DNA from: an uncultured Gemmatimonadaceae bacterium
GTDB lineage: Bacteria; Gemmatimonadota; Gemmatimonadetes; Gemmatimonadales; Gemmatimonadaceae
Length of the DNA: 64,000 nucleotides
Direction of reading: 5' to 3'
Assembly: GCA_963790305.1 (NCBI GenBank)
Contig: CAWBOC010000013.1
Span: 181,793 to 245,792, forward strand
The translations under genes and the position numbers were made by a program. Shown one piece after another: positions 11,508-22,364 of this stretch. Below the pieces are notes generated by a model. The model was given only the letters and a program-made list of their open reading frames with translations. It had not been told where the DNA came from and ran no database searches. The first letter of the stretch is position 1; the number at the start of each line of letters is the position of its first letter.

Positions 11508-12191
11508 GTGACCTCGACGAAATCGAGCGGGCGACTCGAACCGGTCGACGATCCGTGGGAAGCGGCATACCTAAGATTCGAGACGCCTGACGAGGAGAGG
11601 CGCAAGTTCATCCGTCGGCTGCTTTCCGTTGGCGCTCGCGCATGGCGAAGGGATGCATTGATATTGGATCTCTTTTGCGGTCGCGGAGGAGGTGCGCGCG
11701 CGCTCCACTACCTGGGGTTTCAGCGGGTCGTTGGGCTTGATCTGTCGCGGCGCCTCCTGCAGGCGCGAGCGGACTCGTCTGCTTGCATTGTCGCCGACTG
11801 TCGTATCATACCTGTCGCGAGCCGCTCGGCGGACATCGCAGTCGTACAGGGGGGACTTCACCATTTACCGGCAATCCCTGCGGATCTCGCCACGGTGCTG
11901 AAGGAGGTTGTCCGCGTGCTCCGTCCGGGCGGGATCTTCGTCGCCGTCGAGCCGTGGAGCACACCCTTCTTGACGCTCGTACACTGGGCGTGCCGACTTC
12001 CGTTGGCGCGCCACGCGCTGCCCAAGCTGGATGCCCTTGCTACCATGATCGAGCATGAGCGGCTTACGTACGAAGCATGGCTGCAAAGCGGACCCGCGAT
12101 TCTCGCAGAGTTGGAGACGCACTTTGAGTGTCGTTTCAAGCGAACCCGGCTGGGCAAGCTTCAGTATGTAGGGATACGCCGCGTGCCATGA
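11508..12191 (+). CDS. Class I SAM-dependent methyltransferase
   Basis: ILDLFCGRG, GLDLS, GGLHHL, and RVLRPGG. Confidence 0.85.
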   Translation: MTSTKSSGRLEPVDDPWEAAYLRFETPDEERRKFIRRLLSVGARAWRRDALILDLFCGRGGGARALHYLGFQRVVGLDLSRRLLQARADSSACIVADCRIIPVASRSADIAVVQGGLHHLPAIPADLATVLKEVVRVLRPGGIFVAVEPWSTPFLTLVHWACRLPLARHALPKLDALATMIEHERLTYEAWLQSGPAILAELETHFECRFKRTRLGKLQYVGIRRVP

Positions 12192-13945
12192 CCGAGCGCC
12201 GCGCTGACCCGGCTCGGTCGCCGTACGAGCCCGAGGCGAATCCTCTCGCGGACGTGCGCGATCGCCCCGCCGAGGCGCCTGCGACGGCCGCGAAATCCTC
12301 CCGACGGTCTTCGCCTCGCGCGCTCTTGTGGTGGTGTCGCGGGATCGCTCTCGGGCTGGGCCTTCTTCAGGCGTGGGCGTTCCGCTACGAGGCGACTCCC
12401 GATGGCGTTTCGTATCTTGACGTGGCCGATGCCTATCGCGAGGGCCGATGGGGCGATGCGCCTAACGGATACTGGAGCCCGCTCTACTCGTGGCTGTTGG
12501 CGATCGCGGGAGCCGTACTCCGCCTGCCCCCGTCCGCTGACTTCGTGCTCGCGCACGTCGTGAATCTGGGCGCGTACGCGGCGAGCATGTGTGCGTTCGA
12601 ATACTTCCTCCAGGGCGTTGCGCCGTTTTCCGTCGATCGACGGGGAGACAACGACCGCCAGCGCGACTGGTGGATCTTGGGCTACGCCCTGTTTCTGTGG
12701 GCCACCCTTGCGTTGATCGGCGTCGGGGTGACCACCCCTGACTTGCTGCTGGCGGGGGCGGCGTTCGCTGTCGCCGGGCTGTTAATGAGGGTTTGCCTCC
12801 CTGGCCGGCATTCGGTTCGGGGGGCCCTGTTGGGACTGACGGCAGCTGCAGGGTGTCTCGCCAAGGCGGCGTTTCTACCGATTTCGGTTGTCGTCTTCCT
12901 GGTGGCGGGAGTCCTCTGGTGGCGAACGAAGCGAACGATTCTGCCACTCGTAGTGGCGTTGGCTAGCTTCGCCGTCCTGTCGCTGCCGTATGCGGCGGCC
13001 CTCTCGCGGGCGAAAGGAAGACTCACGTTTTCCGAGTCAGGGCCGCTCGCGTACGCGTGGATAGTCAACGGAATTCCCGGGCAGGTTCACTGGCAGGGCG
13101 GGCCACCGGGCGCCGGACGTCCCACGCACCCCACGCGCAGGATCTCCGCCGCGCCGGCCGCATACGAATTCGGGACACCGCTTCGTGCGACGTATCCTCC
13201 GTGGTATGACCCCACCTACTGGTATGATGGAGTCCGCCCGCGCTGGGACCCTGGCACCCAGGCGCGCATTGCGTATCACTACCTGCCGTTTCTTGGGGAG
13301 CTGTTCACTCCGTTGATACTTGTTGTCGTGGCAACGCTGGTCGGCGCTCGGCGAGGGCCCGGAACGCTGTTGAGTGTCCTGGGACGCGGCTGGTCGATCA
13401 CTCTGCCGGGCCTAACGGCTATAGCGATGTACGCGACGCTGTTCCTCGAAGCCCGATACATCGCCCCGTTTGTCGTAATGGTCTGGCTCGGAGTGCTGAT
13501 CGGCCTAGACGCGGTCATGCCCAGCGCGTGGCGACGAGGTCTGTTTGCCGCTGCCGCGGGCATTCTCGTGTTGGGGACTCTTCCCAATCTCACCCCGAAG
13601 CTGCGCGCACTGCTTCCGACTTACGACAACCGTCATTGGGATGACGCCACTTTTGTGCTCGCGGGCGGCCTGCGTCCCGGTGACCGCATTGCCATCGTCG
13701 GGAACGGCGTCTTTGCTTATTGGGCGAGACTCGCGCGGCTCAAGATCGTTGCCGAGGTTCCCTCGGACGCGAGCGACCATTTTTGGAGAACCGACAGCGG
13801 GTCGCGTTCCGCGCTACTAACGGAGTTTCGGCGGGCGGGAGCTTCAGCGGTCGTGGCGGACAATGCTCCGTCTCCTGCGCTGCCGGGATGGCGTATCGGC
13901 CGGGATGGGCGCCTCGCCGTTCTACAATTGACCGGCGACGAGTGA
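12188..13945 (+). CDS. Multi-pass membrane protein, probable GT-C (PMT/ArnT-like) glycosyltransferase
   Basis: About 10 hydrophobic segments; PDGVSYLDVA in the first external loop; YWSPLYS; TPDLL. Confidence 0.6.
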   Translation: MTERRADPARSPYEPEANPLADVRDRPAEAPATAAKSSRRSSPRALLWWCRGIALGLGLLQAWAFRYEATPDGVSYLDVADAYREGRWGDAPNGYWSPLYSWLLAIAGAVLRLPPSADFVLAHVVNLGAYAASMCAFEYFLQGVAPFSVDRRGDNDRQRDWWILGYALFLWATLALIGVGVTTPDLLLAGAAFAVAGLLMRVCLPGRHSVRGALLGLTAAAGCLAKAAFLPISVVVFLVAGVLWWRTKRTILPLVVALASFAVLSLPYAAALSRAKGRLTFSESGPLAYAWIVNGIPGQVHWQGGPPGAGRPTHPTRRISAAPAAYEFGTPLRATYPPWYDPTYWYDGVRPRWDPGTQARIAYHYLPFLGELFTPLILVVVATLVGARRGPGTLLSVLGRGWSITLPGLTAIAMYATLFLEARYIAPFVVMVWLGVLIGLDAVMPSAWRRGLFAAAAGILVLGTLPNLTPKLRALLPTYDNRHWDDATFVLAGGLRPGDRIAIVGNGVFAYWARLARLKIVAEVPSDASDHFWRTDSGSRSALLTEFRRAGASAVVADNAPSPALPGWRIGRDGRLAVLQLTGDE

Positions 13946-13952
13946 GATTGCG

Positions 13953-15760
13953 TCACGGCACCGACGCGAACTGCAACCGCTCCTCCCACTCCGCGCGCAG
14001 CATCGTCAGAGCCCCATCGGGACATCCGTCGACACAGATCCCACATCGATTGCAGAGCTCCGACTCGACGACCGGTCGCCCCTCGACAAGCGTGATGGCG
14101 CCCGTTGGGCAGCTCTCGGCGCAGCCTTGGCACCCGGTGCATTGACCGGTGATCGCGGGAATCCGCGCGCAATCGAAGCAGCGGGCGGCCTCTTCTCCCG
14201 CGCGCGTCGCCGCTCGCGGCGTGACCGGACCAAACGGGTCTGAGGGGGGGGCGTCCAGCAACGGGAGTGCCCGTCGGCGGTCTGCGGCACCGCGATCAGG
14301 CGCAGGTCGCCCGTTTGCTTCCACCCACGCCGACGCGAAGACGATTGAAGTACGGGTGCCCGTGAGCGACGCGTGAATCTCCCCCGCCGCGCGCTTTCCG
14401 TCGGCCACCGCGTGCGCGATGGACCGATGGCCGAAGGCACACGCGCCGCCGGCCCACACGTTAGGCATCGATGTTCGCAGCGTGTGCGGGTCAGTCGCAA
14501 TGAAGCCGGAGCGCGTGAGGTCGAGCTCTCTCGCGAAGGGCGCGGCGTCGGGAACGCGCGACGACGCCAGCACGAGGCGGTCGCACGGAAGGACGCGCGC
14601 CGAGGTGCCGTCAGGCGCAGCGATGTCGACCGACGTCAGGAGTCCGGACTCGGGATCGACGTGGACTCGGCGGATGCGCCACTCGTGGTGGACGCGGATG
14701 CCTTCGCGGGCGCACGACGCGAGAAGCTCCGGCGTGACCGCTGGGGTGGTCGAGAGGGGAGGTGAGAACGAGCTGCTACGGACGACAGGGTCCGCGGATC
14801 GGTGGCGGCGGCGCGCCTGACGAGCGCCCGCGCCGCATCGACCGCGAGGGGTCCGTCACCCGCGACGATCGTCTGCCCGACCGGTGCGATGTCATTGCGC
14901 AGGACGTCCATGGCGTCGAAGATGTCCGGGTGATGCTGCGTGGACTCGAGCAGTGGCGTCCGCCGCCCGTGCAGCGCCGATCGCGAGGAAGACCGCGTCG
15001 CTCCGTCGTCGAGGAGTGCGCGCAAGCCAGCCACGGCTGCACCCCCTCGAAACTCGACTCCGAGTGCGAGGATAGCGGCGCACTCCGCTGCGGGCGCTCG
15101 CGACTGGGAATCGAAACGAGGGGATCCCGCCGCGTCATCAGGCCCCCCGGCTCGCCGCGCGCGTCGAGACACGATCGCGCGGTGTCCCAGGAGCGGCGAG
15201 ATCGTGCGCGCAGGCGAGCCCGGCGGCGCCGGCGCCGACGATCGCGATCATCTTGCCCGACCGCGCTCGCCGCGACGGCGGCTTGCGGTCGACCGTCCGA
15301 CGGCTCCAGCGACGGAACGCGCCTCGAACCGCGAGGTGCAGGGCCCGTCGGGCGCGACGAGGTCGGGCATGGCGAACGCCGCGGCGTGCTCCTCGAGCGC
15401 GGCGATCGCCACCGGCGCGCCAAAGGGCCGCCGTCGGCACGCCGACTCACAGGGCGCGAAGCAGCCGTTGCCGCACGTCGATGGGAGAGGGATGCGCCGC
15501 CCGAACGACGCGGAACGCTGGCTCGTGGTCGCCTCCCGCGAGCGCGCGCGCCAGGGCGGGAATATCGACGCCCAAGCGGGCAGCCCTGCGCGGCATGCCG
15601 GCACGGGACGAGCGCACCGCACGCGGCCGCGACGGAGCTGGCGGGTACCCGGTGCGCGTCCGACTCGGATGCGTCGCCGCCACATCCGCCGCGCTTGCCG
15701 GGCCGGTACGGTGGGGCTGTAGGCCGCGGTCAGGTCGGAGGTCGCGCGCTCGGTGCTCAT
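13953..15760 (-). CDS. GltD/DPD-like FAD-dependent oxidoreductase with C-terminal 2x[4Fe-4S] ferredoxin; heavily frameshifted
   Basis: PACRAG.P..VDIP, CGNGCFAPCESACRR, IAIVGAGAAGLACA, AVADGKRAA, CTGCQGCAESCP, and CNRCGICVDGCP. Confidence 0.78.
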
Positions 15761-16078
15761 CGGCTGCTTGATGGGGATGGCGCCGCGGGTTAGGTTGCGG
15801 AAGTGCGGGAACGACAAGCACGTACGGCCATCGTGCCGGCTGGCAGGCGTGAGCGTTTTTGTGCGGTCGCTCGGCCGGCGTTGGAACGCCGGGACCTGGC
15901 ACGTGATTTGACTCACGCCAGGCGTGAAGTCTCGTGGCCGCGGCCATTTGGGCGCGCCCGACGCCCGGCGTTGGTTGACGGGTGACACCCCTGGAAGGTT
16001 ACTGTCGGATCGCGGTGCGATCCGTGACGATTGAACGAGAGATTTCGCTGCTTCGGTTTGCGCCTCGGTGCAGATCGC

Positions 16079-16090
16079 GCGGTAGCTTTG
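16079..16090 (+). promoter_or_regulatory. ops-like element (GCGGTAGCTTTG)
   Basis: Matches the GCGGTAG core of the ops consensus GGCGGTAGnnTG, ~25 nt upstream of the RfaH-like gene that heads the polysaccharide operon. Confidence 0.45.
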
Positions 16091-16112
16091 TGTCTCGCGG
16101 GCGCTCGTCGCG

Positions 16113-16550
16113 ATGCACCCTCGGAGAACGCACTTGGATCACGTCGATCGCGATCTGTGCTGGCTACTGCTGTACACGAAGGCGCGCGCGGAAAGCTGGG
16201 CCGACATCAACCTGCGGAAGCAGGGGTTTGCGACGCTGCTGCCGCGGGTGCGGCAGCGCGACGGATTCGGCCCGCTGTTTCCGCGGTACGTCTTCGTTGG
16301 CGCGCCCGCAGGAACGGATTTTCGGCCGGCCCGCAGCACGCGCGGGGTGCTCTACGTCGTCCACTGCGGGGAGAAGCCGGCTCGCGTCCCGCTCGAGGTC
16401 ATCGACGGCATTCGCGCGCGCATGGATGCGCACGGGCGTCGTGGAGCTCGAGGGCACGCCGTCGTCGATCCGCTCTTCGCCCGTCGTGAGCGCGAGCGGG
16501 TGCGGGCGCTCGTCAAGTTCGCGCAGGCGGGGTTCCGCGTCGTCGCGTAG
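16113..16550 (+). CDS. NusG-paralog antiterminator (RfaH-like NGN domain, no KOW)
   Basis: WLLLYTKAR..E....NL.KQG, PLFPRYVFV, STRGV..VV.CG..PA.VP; first gene of the polysaccharide locus. Confidence 0.85.
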   Translation: MHPRRTHLDHVDRDLCWLLLYTKARAESWADINLRKQGFATLLPRVRQRDGFGPLFPRYVFVGAPAGTDFRPARSTRGVLYVVHCGEKPARVPLEVIDGIRARMDAHGRRGARGHAVVDPLFARRERERVRALVKFAQAGFRVVA

Positions 16551-16596
16551 TTAGGCAGTTCGGCGTTCACTTCTTTCGGTCTCTCAGAGTCCATTC

Positions 16597-17951
16597 ATGA
16601 GCATTTACGGTGCGCTGCAGGAGAAGATCGCGCGACGCGAGGTCGTCTGCGGCGTGGTGGGAATGGGGTACGTGGGGTTGCCGCTCGCCGTGGAGATGGC
16701 GAAGAGCGGGTTGCGCGTGATCGGCTTCGAGAAGTCGCAGCACGTCGTCGATGTCGTGCGTGGCGGGCGAGAGCCACATCAAGGACGTGGCGGCCGCCGA
16801 CGTCGCCGAGCTGCGTCGCCGGAAGCTGCTCGACGTGACGCTCGACATGGAGCGCCTCGCGGAGTGCGACGTCGTCTCGATCTGCGTGCCGACGCCGCTT
16901 GGGCAAGACGAAGGATCCCGACATGTCGTACATCGTGTCGGCGACGGAGGCGGTGGCGGCGGCGCTGCGCCCGGGGCAGCTGATCGTCCTCGAGTCGACG
17001 ACCTATCCAGGGACGACGCGCGAGATCATGCTGCCGCGCCTCGAGGAGAGCGGGCTGCATGTCGGTGAGGATTTCTTCCTCTGTTTCTCGCCCGAGCGCG
17101 TGGATCCAGGCAACGAGCGCTGGCACACGAAGAACACGCCGAAGGTCCTCGGCGGCATCACCGAGCAGTGCACCGAGCTCGGGATCGCGCGTCTACGAGA
17201 TCTTCATCGAGCGCATGGTGCGCGTCTCGTCGCCGGAGGCGGCGGAGCTCACGAAGCTGCTCGAGAACACGTTCCGCATGATCAACATCGGGCTGGCGAA
17301 CGAGATGGCGCAGATCTGCGACAAGCTGGGCGTGAACGTGTGGGAAGTGATCGATGCCGCGGCCACGAAGCCGTTCGGCTTCATGAAGTTCACGCCCGGT
17401 CCCGGGCTCGGCGGCCACTGCATCCCGCTCGATCCGCACTACCTCGCGTGGAAGATGCGCACGCTCGCCTACAAGACGCGGATGATCGAGCTCGCGGGGG
17501 AGATCAACACCGAGATGCCGGCGTTCTGGGTGACGAAGGTGCAGGATGCGCTGAACACGGTCGGCAAGCCGCTGCACGGGTCGCGCGTGCTCGTGCTCGG
17601 CGTCGCTTACAAGAAGGACATCGACGATCTGCGCGAGTCCCCGGCGCTCGAGATCCTCGACCAGCTCAACCGGAAGGGCGCGGTCGTCTCGTACCACGAT
17701 CCGTATCTGCCCGGAGATTCGGGAGGACGGCCATACGCCGTTAGGCGCGATCGGGCGATCGGTCGAGCTGACCGATGAGCGAGTGCGCGAGGCGGACGTC
17801 GTTTTGATCGTCACCGATCACTCGAATGTGGACTACGAGCGAGTGTGCGGACATGGCGCGCATCGTCGTCGATACGCGTAACGCGTGCGCGAGCGCGCGC
17901 GCGAAGGCGAAGCGCGCTCGCTTCAGCACGTCGGAGCCGGTGACCGTCTGA
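16597..17951 (+). CDS. UDP-N-acetylhexosamine 6-dehydrogenase (WbpA/WbpO-like), frameshifted in read
   Basis: GMGYVGLP, CVPTP, ESTTYPGTT, SPERVDPG, KLLENTFR, GGHCIP, and AYKKDIDDLRESP. Confidence 0.92.
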
Positions 17952-17965
17952 GCGCTTCCCGCTGG

Positions 17966-18880
17966 GTGGTGACCACGACTCATCAAGCCGGACGTCCGCC
18001 CTCTTCGGGGCCGGTGGCGCAACGAGATATCCCCGGACGGCCCTCCGTCACCCCTGGGCTTCCGACCGTCGTTATCGATGGCTCGGGACAGTGGACCCAA
18101 TGGGTCGCTGATGTCCGCCAGTATCGCGGAGCCCTTTACAGCCTCGCGTGGCGGAATGTCCGGTCGCGATACAAGCAGGCCGCTCCTGGGAATGTCGTGG
18201 GCGCTCATCCAGCCGGCGGTACAGGTCGGTGTGTTCACCGTGCTGTTCGGAATCATTGCGCGCATCCCCTCCGGCGACGTGCCATATCCGTTGTTCGCGC
18301 TGTGCGGCGCTGCTGCCGTGGAACCTGTTCGCCGAGATCGTGTCGGATGGGTCGCAATCGCTGCGTGGCCAACCAGGCGCTCATCACCAAGCTGTTCTTT
18401 CCTCGGATCTATCTCGTGCTTGCCGCGGGAGCTTCGGCGTTCGTTGACGCGTGGCGTGACCGCTCTCATGCTGATGCCCTTATGATCGTGTACGGAGTGT
18501 CGCCGGGAGTCGACGCGTTGGCCTGCGCATTCCCGCGTTCATCGGCCTGACGCTCTCTTGCCTTTGGGTTCGCCGCGCTCCTCGCGGCGGTCAATGCGCG
18601 CTGGCGGGACGTGCAGCACACCGTTCCCTTCCTGCTGCAAGATCGGACTCTTCGTGACGCCCGTGCTGTACCCGGCCTCATCGTTCCGGAGCGACTGGCG
18701 GTGGCTCGCGGCCCTGAATCCCGCTGACGGGATGGATCGGATTGTTTCGGTCGAGCGCACTTGGACTGCCGCTTCCGCCGTCGACCGTGCTGATTCAGTC
18801 GATGTCCATCAGTCTCGCGGTCACAGTGCTGGGCTTCTGGTACTTCGCGCGGGCCGAGCGACGTCGTCGACGTCGTATGA
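17966..18880 (+). CDS. wzm: ABC-2 polysaccharide exporter permease (Wzm), frameshifted
   Basis: LAWRNVRSRYKQ, WALIQP, LITKLFFPR, RDVQH, TPVLYP, and LNP. Confidence 0.85.
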
Positions 18881-20102
18881 GCGCGCATCGCGGTACGAGC
18901 AGAACGTCTGAGCAAGCGCTATCGAATTCCGAGCCCGCATGCGCCAAGGTGGAGCACGTATCTTCGCAACCCGCGCCTCGCCCGTCTGACGAGCCGCACC
19001 GTCGCCGTCGACGCCCTGCGCGATGTTTCGTTCGACGTGCCGGAGGGCGAGGTGTTCGGCATCATCGGGCGCAACGGGGCGGGGAAGAGCACGCTGCTCA
19101 AGATCCTGTCGCGCATAACGAGCGCCGAGCGGAGGTCGCGCCACATGCGAGGGCACGTCGCCAGTCTCCTCGAGGTCGGTACGGGATTTCACCCGGATCT
19201 CACTGGGCGCGAGAACGTGTTTCTCAACGGCATGCTGCTCGGCATGTCGACGGCGCGAGGTCGACGCGGCATTCGACGAGATCGTCGACTTCGCGGGCGT
19301 CGGACCTACATCGATATGCCGATCAAGCGGTACTCGAGCGGCATGCAGCTGCGCCTCGCGTTCGCGGTGGCGGCCCACCTGGCCGCGGACACGATGATCA
19401 TCGACGAGGTCCTTGCGGTCGGCGATGCGGAGTTCCAGGAGAAATGCGCCCGGCACAATGCGAGCGTCCACCGAACGCGGCCGGACGACGCTGTTCGTGA
19501 GCCACAACCTGGCGTTGGTCGAGAATCTCTGCACGCGCGCCATGCTGCTGCAGCGTGGCGAGGTCACCGGTATCGGGCCGTCCGAAGCGGTCGTTCGGCA
19601 GTACCTTCGGACCGCGGTCGATACGAGCGCCTCGTGTATCGACTACGACGGTGGCGTTCCGCCTGCGACCCAGGCGTGCGCGATTCGCAGGGCGTACATT
19701 CGCGGTCCCGATGGCGCCACGCCCATCCAGGGTGAGGAAGCAGTGCTCATCGTCGACATTACGGTGAACCAACCCGTGCGTCACCTCGAGCTCTGGTTAG
19801 GCCTCTCGACGGCCGAGGGGGAGCGGGTCACCGCGCTCAACAACACTGATTATCGGCATGAATGGACGCTCGGTCCCGGATCCTATCGTGCGGAGATTCG
19901 CCTACCCGACCTGCGCCTCCTCCCGCGTCGATACGCGCTGACACTGCGGCTGCAGCGACGGGAAGGCGAGGTGCATGATGAGGCGGTCGATGGCGTCGTG
20001 TTCGCGGTGCTCGAACGCAATGTCCTGGGGACGGGCGTACCGCTCCTCGGAGATCGCGGCGTCACTTGGCTTCCTGCGATCATACGGATCCAGCCGAACT
20101 AG
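18877..20102 (+). CDS. wzt: ABC polysaccharide exporter ATPase with C-terminal Wzt_C domain, frameshifted
   Basis: GRNGAGKST, GTGFHPDLTGRENV, YSSGMQLRLAF, DEVLAVGD, and a beta-rich C-terminal extension. Confidence 0.9.
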
Positions 20103-20133
20103 ATCGCCACTGATCACGAGGAAATCGAGAAAC

Positions 20134-21096
20134 ATGGCTGTGCGTAATCTGATCACGGGAGGCGCCGGATTCATCGGTAGCCACCTCGCGGAGCATCTCC
20201 TCGCCAACGGCGAGCAGGTAATCGTCTGGGACAATCTCTCCACCGGTCGCATGCAGAATCTGCGGCGTTGCCTGGGTTGCGCCGGATTTCAGTACATCAT
20301 CGGTGATTTCACGGAGGACCCGCAATTCGAACGCGTGGTTTCGAGGGTGGATGTCGTCTACCACCTGGCGGCGGCGGTGGGGGTTCAGCTGATCGTCAAC
20401 GATCCGGTCCGAACGATCGAGACGAACATCGTGGGCAGCGAGGTCGCGCTGCGTGCGGCGGCGAAATTTGGCCGAAGGATCTTTCTCGCCTCGACGAGTG
20501 AGGTGTATGGAAAGGGCGTCCGGGTGCCGTTTAGCGAAGATGACGATGTTGTCTACGGGCCGACAACGAAGCGCCGCTGGAACTACGCCATCTCGAAGGC
20601 CGTCGATGAGTTCCTGCTCCTGGCGTATCACGAATCCCACGCGCTCCCGGGCGTGGTTGCTCGACTGTTCAACACGGTCGGTCCTCGACAGGTCCCGTTC
20701 TACGGAATGGTGATTCCGCGGTTCATCGAACAGGCGACGAGCGGCGCTGATATGACGGTGTATGGAGATGGGTCGCAGAGTCGTTGCTTCGGCCACGTCC
20801 TCGATGTCGTTCCCGCCATTCATAAACTTACGCACAGTGACGCCGCGCTTGGCCAAGTCGTGAACATCGGCTCGGATCAAGAAGTTACAATCGTCCAACT
20901 TGCTGAACGGGTGCGCGCTCGCGTCGGGTCATCGTCGGAAATACGGTTTGTGCCGTACGACGTCGCGTATCGTCCGGGGTTCGAGGATATGCAACGACGC
21001 GTGCCGGATCTGTCGAAGGCGCGCCGGCTGATCGGGTACGAGCCCACGCGCTCCCTCGACAATGTCATCGACGACATTCTCGCCGATGAAGGCTGA
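20134..21096 (+). CDS. NAD-dependent epimerase/dehydratase (extended SDR)
   Basis: ITGGAGFIGS, HLAAAVGV, STSEVYG, YAISK, and RLFNTVGPRQ. Confidence 0.92.
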   Translation: MAVRNLITGGAGFIGSHLAEHLLANGEQVIVWDNLSTGRMQNLRRCLGCAGFQYIIGDFTEDPQFERVVSRVDVVYHLAAAVGVQLIVNDPVRTIETNIVGSEVALRAAAKFGRRIFLASTSEVYGKGVRVPFSEDDDVVYGPTTKRRWNYAISKAVDEFLLLAYHESHALPGVVARLFNTVGPRQVPFYGMVIPRFIEQATSGADMTVYGDGSQSRCFGHVLDVVPAIHKLTHSDAALGQVVNIGSDQEVTIVQLAERVRARVGSSSEIRFVPYDVAYRPGFEDMQRRVPDLSKARRLIGYEPTRSLDNVIDDILADEG

Positions 21097-22363
21097 TCAG
21101 CTACACGTCCTTGCGGTCTCGCATGCGTATCCAAGGCGCAGGAACTCGAGCCACGGCGTCTTCATCCATCGGCTTCATGTGGCGATGCGCGAGCTTGGAG
21201 CTCGGGTGGATGTCTTGCAGCCGGCGGAATGGGCTCCGCCACGACCGCTTGGCATTCTCTTCGAACCCTGGCGCATGGCGCGCTCCGAGCGCGACGACAT
21301 GCTCGACGAGCTCGACGGCATAACGATTCACCATCCGCCGGTCGTCATCCCCAGGCCAAGCCGATTGTTCCCGGGGGACCCGTGGGATCGCTCTTCGCGG
21401 GCCCTCGTTCGGTATTGCGCGCGCCGTCAGCACCTTGCGCGCGCGGACGTAGTGCTCGGCCATTTCATGGTTCCGGATGGGGTGCATGCGCTTCAACTAG
21501 GCCGCGCGCTCGGTATTCCCGTTGCGGGACTGGCGTGGGGCAATGATCTGCACGCGTGGCCGCAACGCTCGGAGGACTGGCGTGATCATCTCGTGAGCGT
21601 ACTCAAAGGAGTGGATCTTCCCCTGGCGTGCTCACAGCGGATGGCGGCGGACGGCAATGAGTGGCTCGACGCTCCTAGAGATGACTGGCAAGTCATCTAT
21701 GGGGGCGTAGAGCTCAGACGATTCGCGCCACCTGCGAACCGGGTAGAATCCCGTGCTGCCGTATTCGGGGCGTACGATGCGTTGCGCGATCCTGACGCGC
21801 GCATCCTGCTCATGGTTGGGCAACCAGTGCGTGAGAAGGGATATGTCGAGCTTCTCGATGTCTGGGAGTGGATCCAGCCACGAAGCCCGAGTTGGCATCT
21901 CGTCATGCTCGGGGGGCGCGGTGATTTGGACGTACCCTCGATGATCGCCACGCGGGCGCTCAACGGGGCCCACTGGATCGGGCTTCAGCCCGTGGACCGA
22001 ATGCCGGACTTGATGCGCGCCGCTGATGCATTCGTGCTCCCGAGCCATAACGAGGGTCTGTCGCTCTCCGTGCTCGAAGCATTGGCGACCGGCCTTCCCA
22101 CGATCGCCACTGACGTGGGAGGACACGCGGAGGTCATTCGTTCTCCCGACGAAGGATGGCTGATTCCACCACGGGACGTCTCGGCATTGCGGGATGCGCT
22201 GCACGAGCTCACGACGCAACCGGATGAGCGCGCGAGACGCGGCGCAGGCGGTCGTCGCGCGGCCCAGAGGATTGGAACGCCGAGCGACAACGCCGGGCGG
22301 CTCCTGTCGATTCTCAGCGAGCTCAGCGCCGGGCGATCACGCCCCGCATTGGCGGTCATATAA
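21086..22363 (+). CDS. GT4 glycosyltransferase
   Basis: ADAFVLPSHNEGLSLSVLEALATGLP..ATDVGG (EX7E motif). Confidence 0.9.
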   Translation: MKADQLHVLAVSHAYPRRRNSSHGVFIHRLHVAMRELGARVDVLQPAEWAPPRPLGILFEPWRMARSERDDMLDELDGITIHHPPVVIPRPSRLFPGDPWDRSSRALVRYCARRQHLARADVVLGHFMVPDGVHALQLGRALGIPVAGLAWGNDLHAWPQRSEDWRDHLVSVLKGVDLPLACSQRMAADGNEWLDAPRDDWQVIYGGVELRRFAPPANRVESRAAVFGAYDALRDPDARILLMVGQPVREKGYVELLDVWEWIQPRSPSWHLVMLGGRGDLDVPSMIATRALNGAHWIGLQPVDRMPDLMRAADAFVLPSHNEGLSLSVLEALATGLPTIATDVGGHAEVIRSPDEGWLIPPRDVSALRDALHELTTQPDERARRGAGGRRAAQRIGTPSDNAGRLLSILSELSAGRSRPALAVI

Positions 22364-22364
22364 G

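Noticed and set aside
10392..12191. 599-aa ORF suggesting a fused double methyltransferase
   Set aside because: Read-through caused by an indel at ~11040; there are two separate genes, the first ending at TAG 11499.
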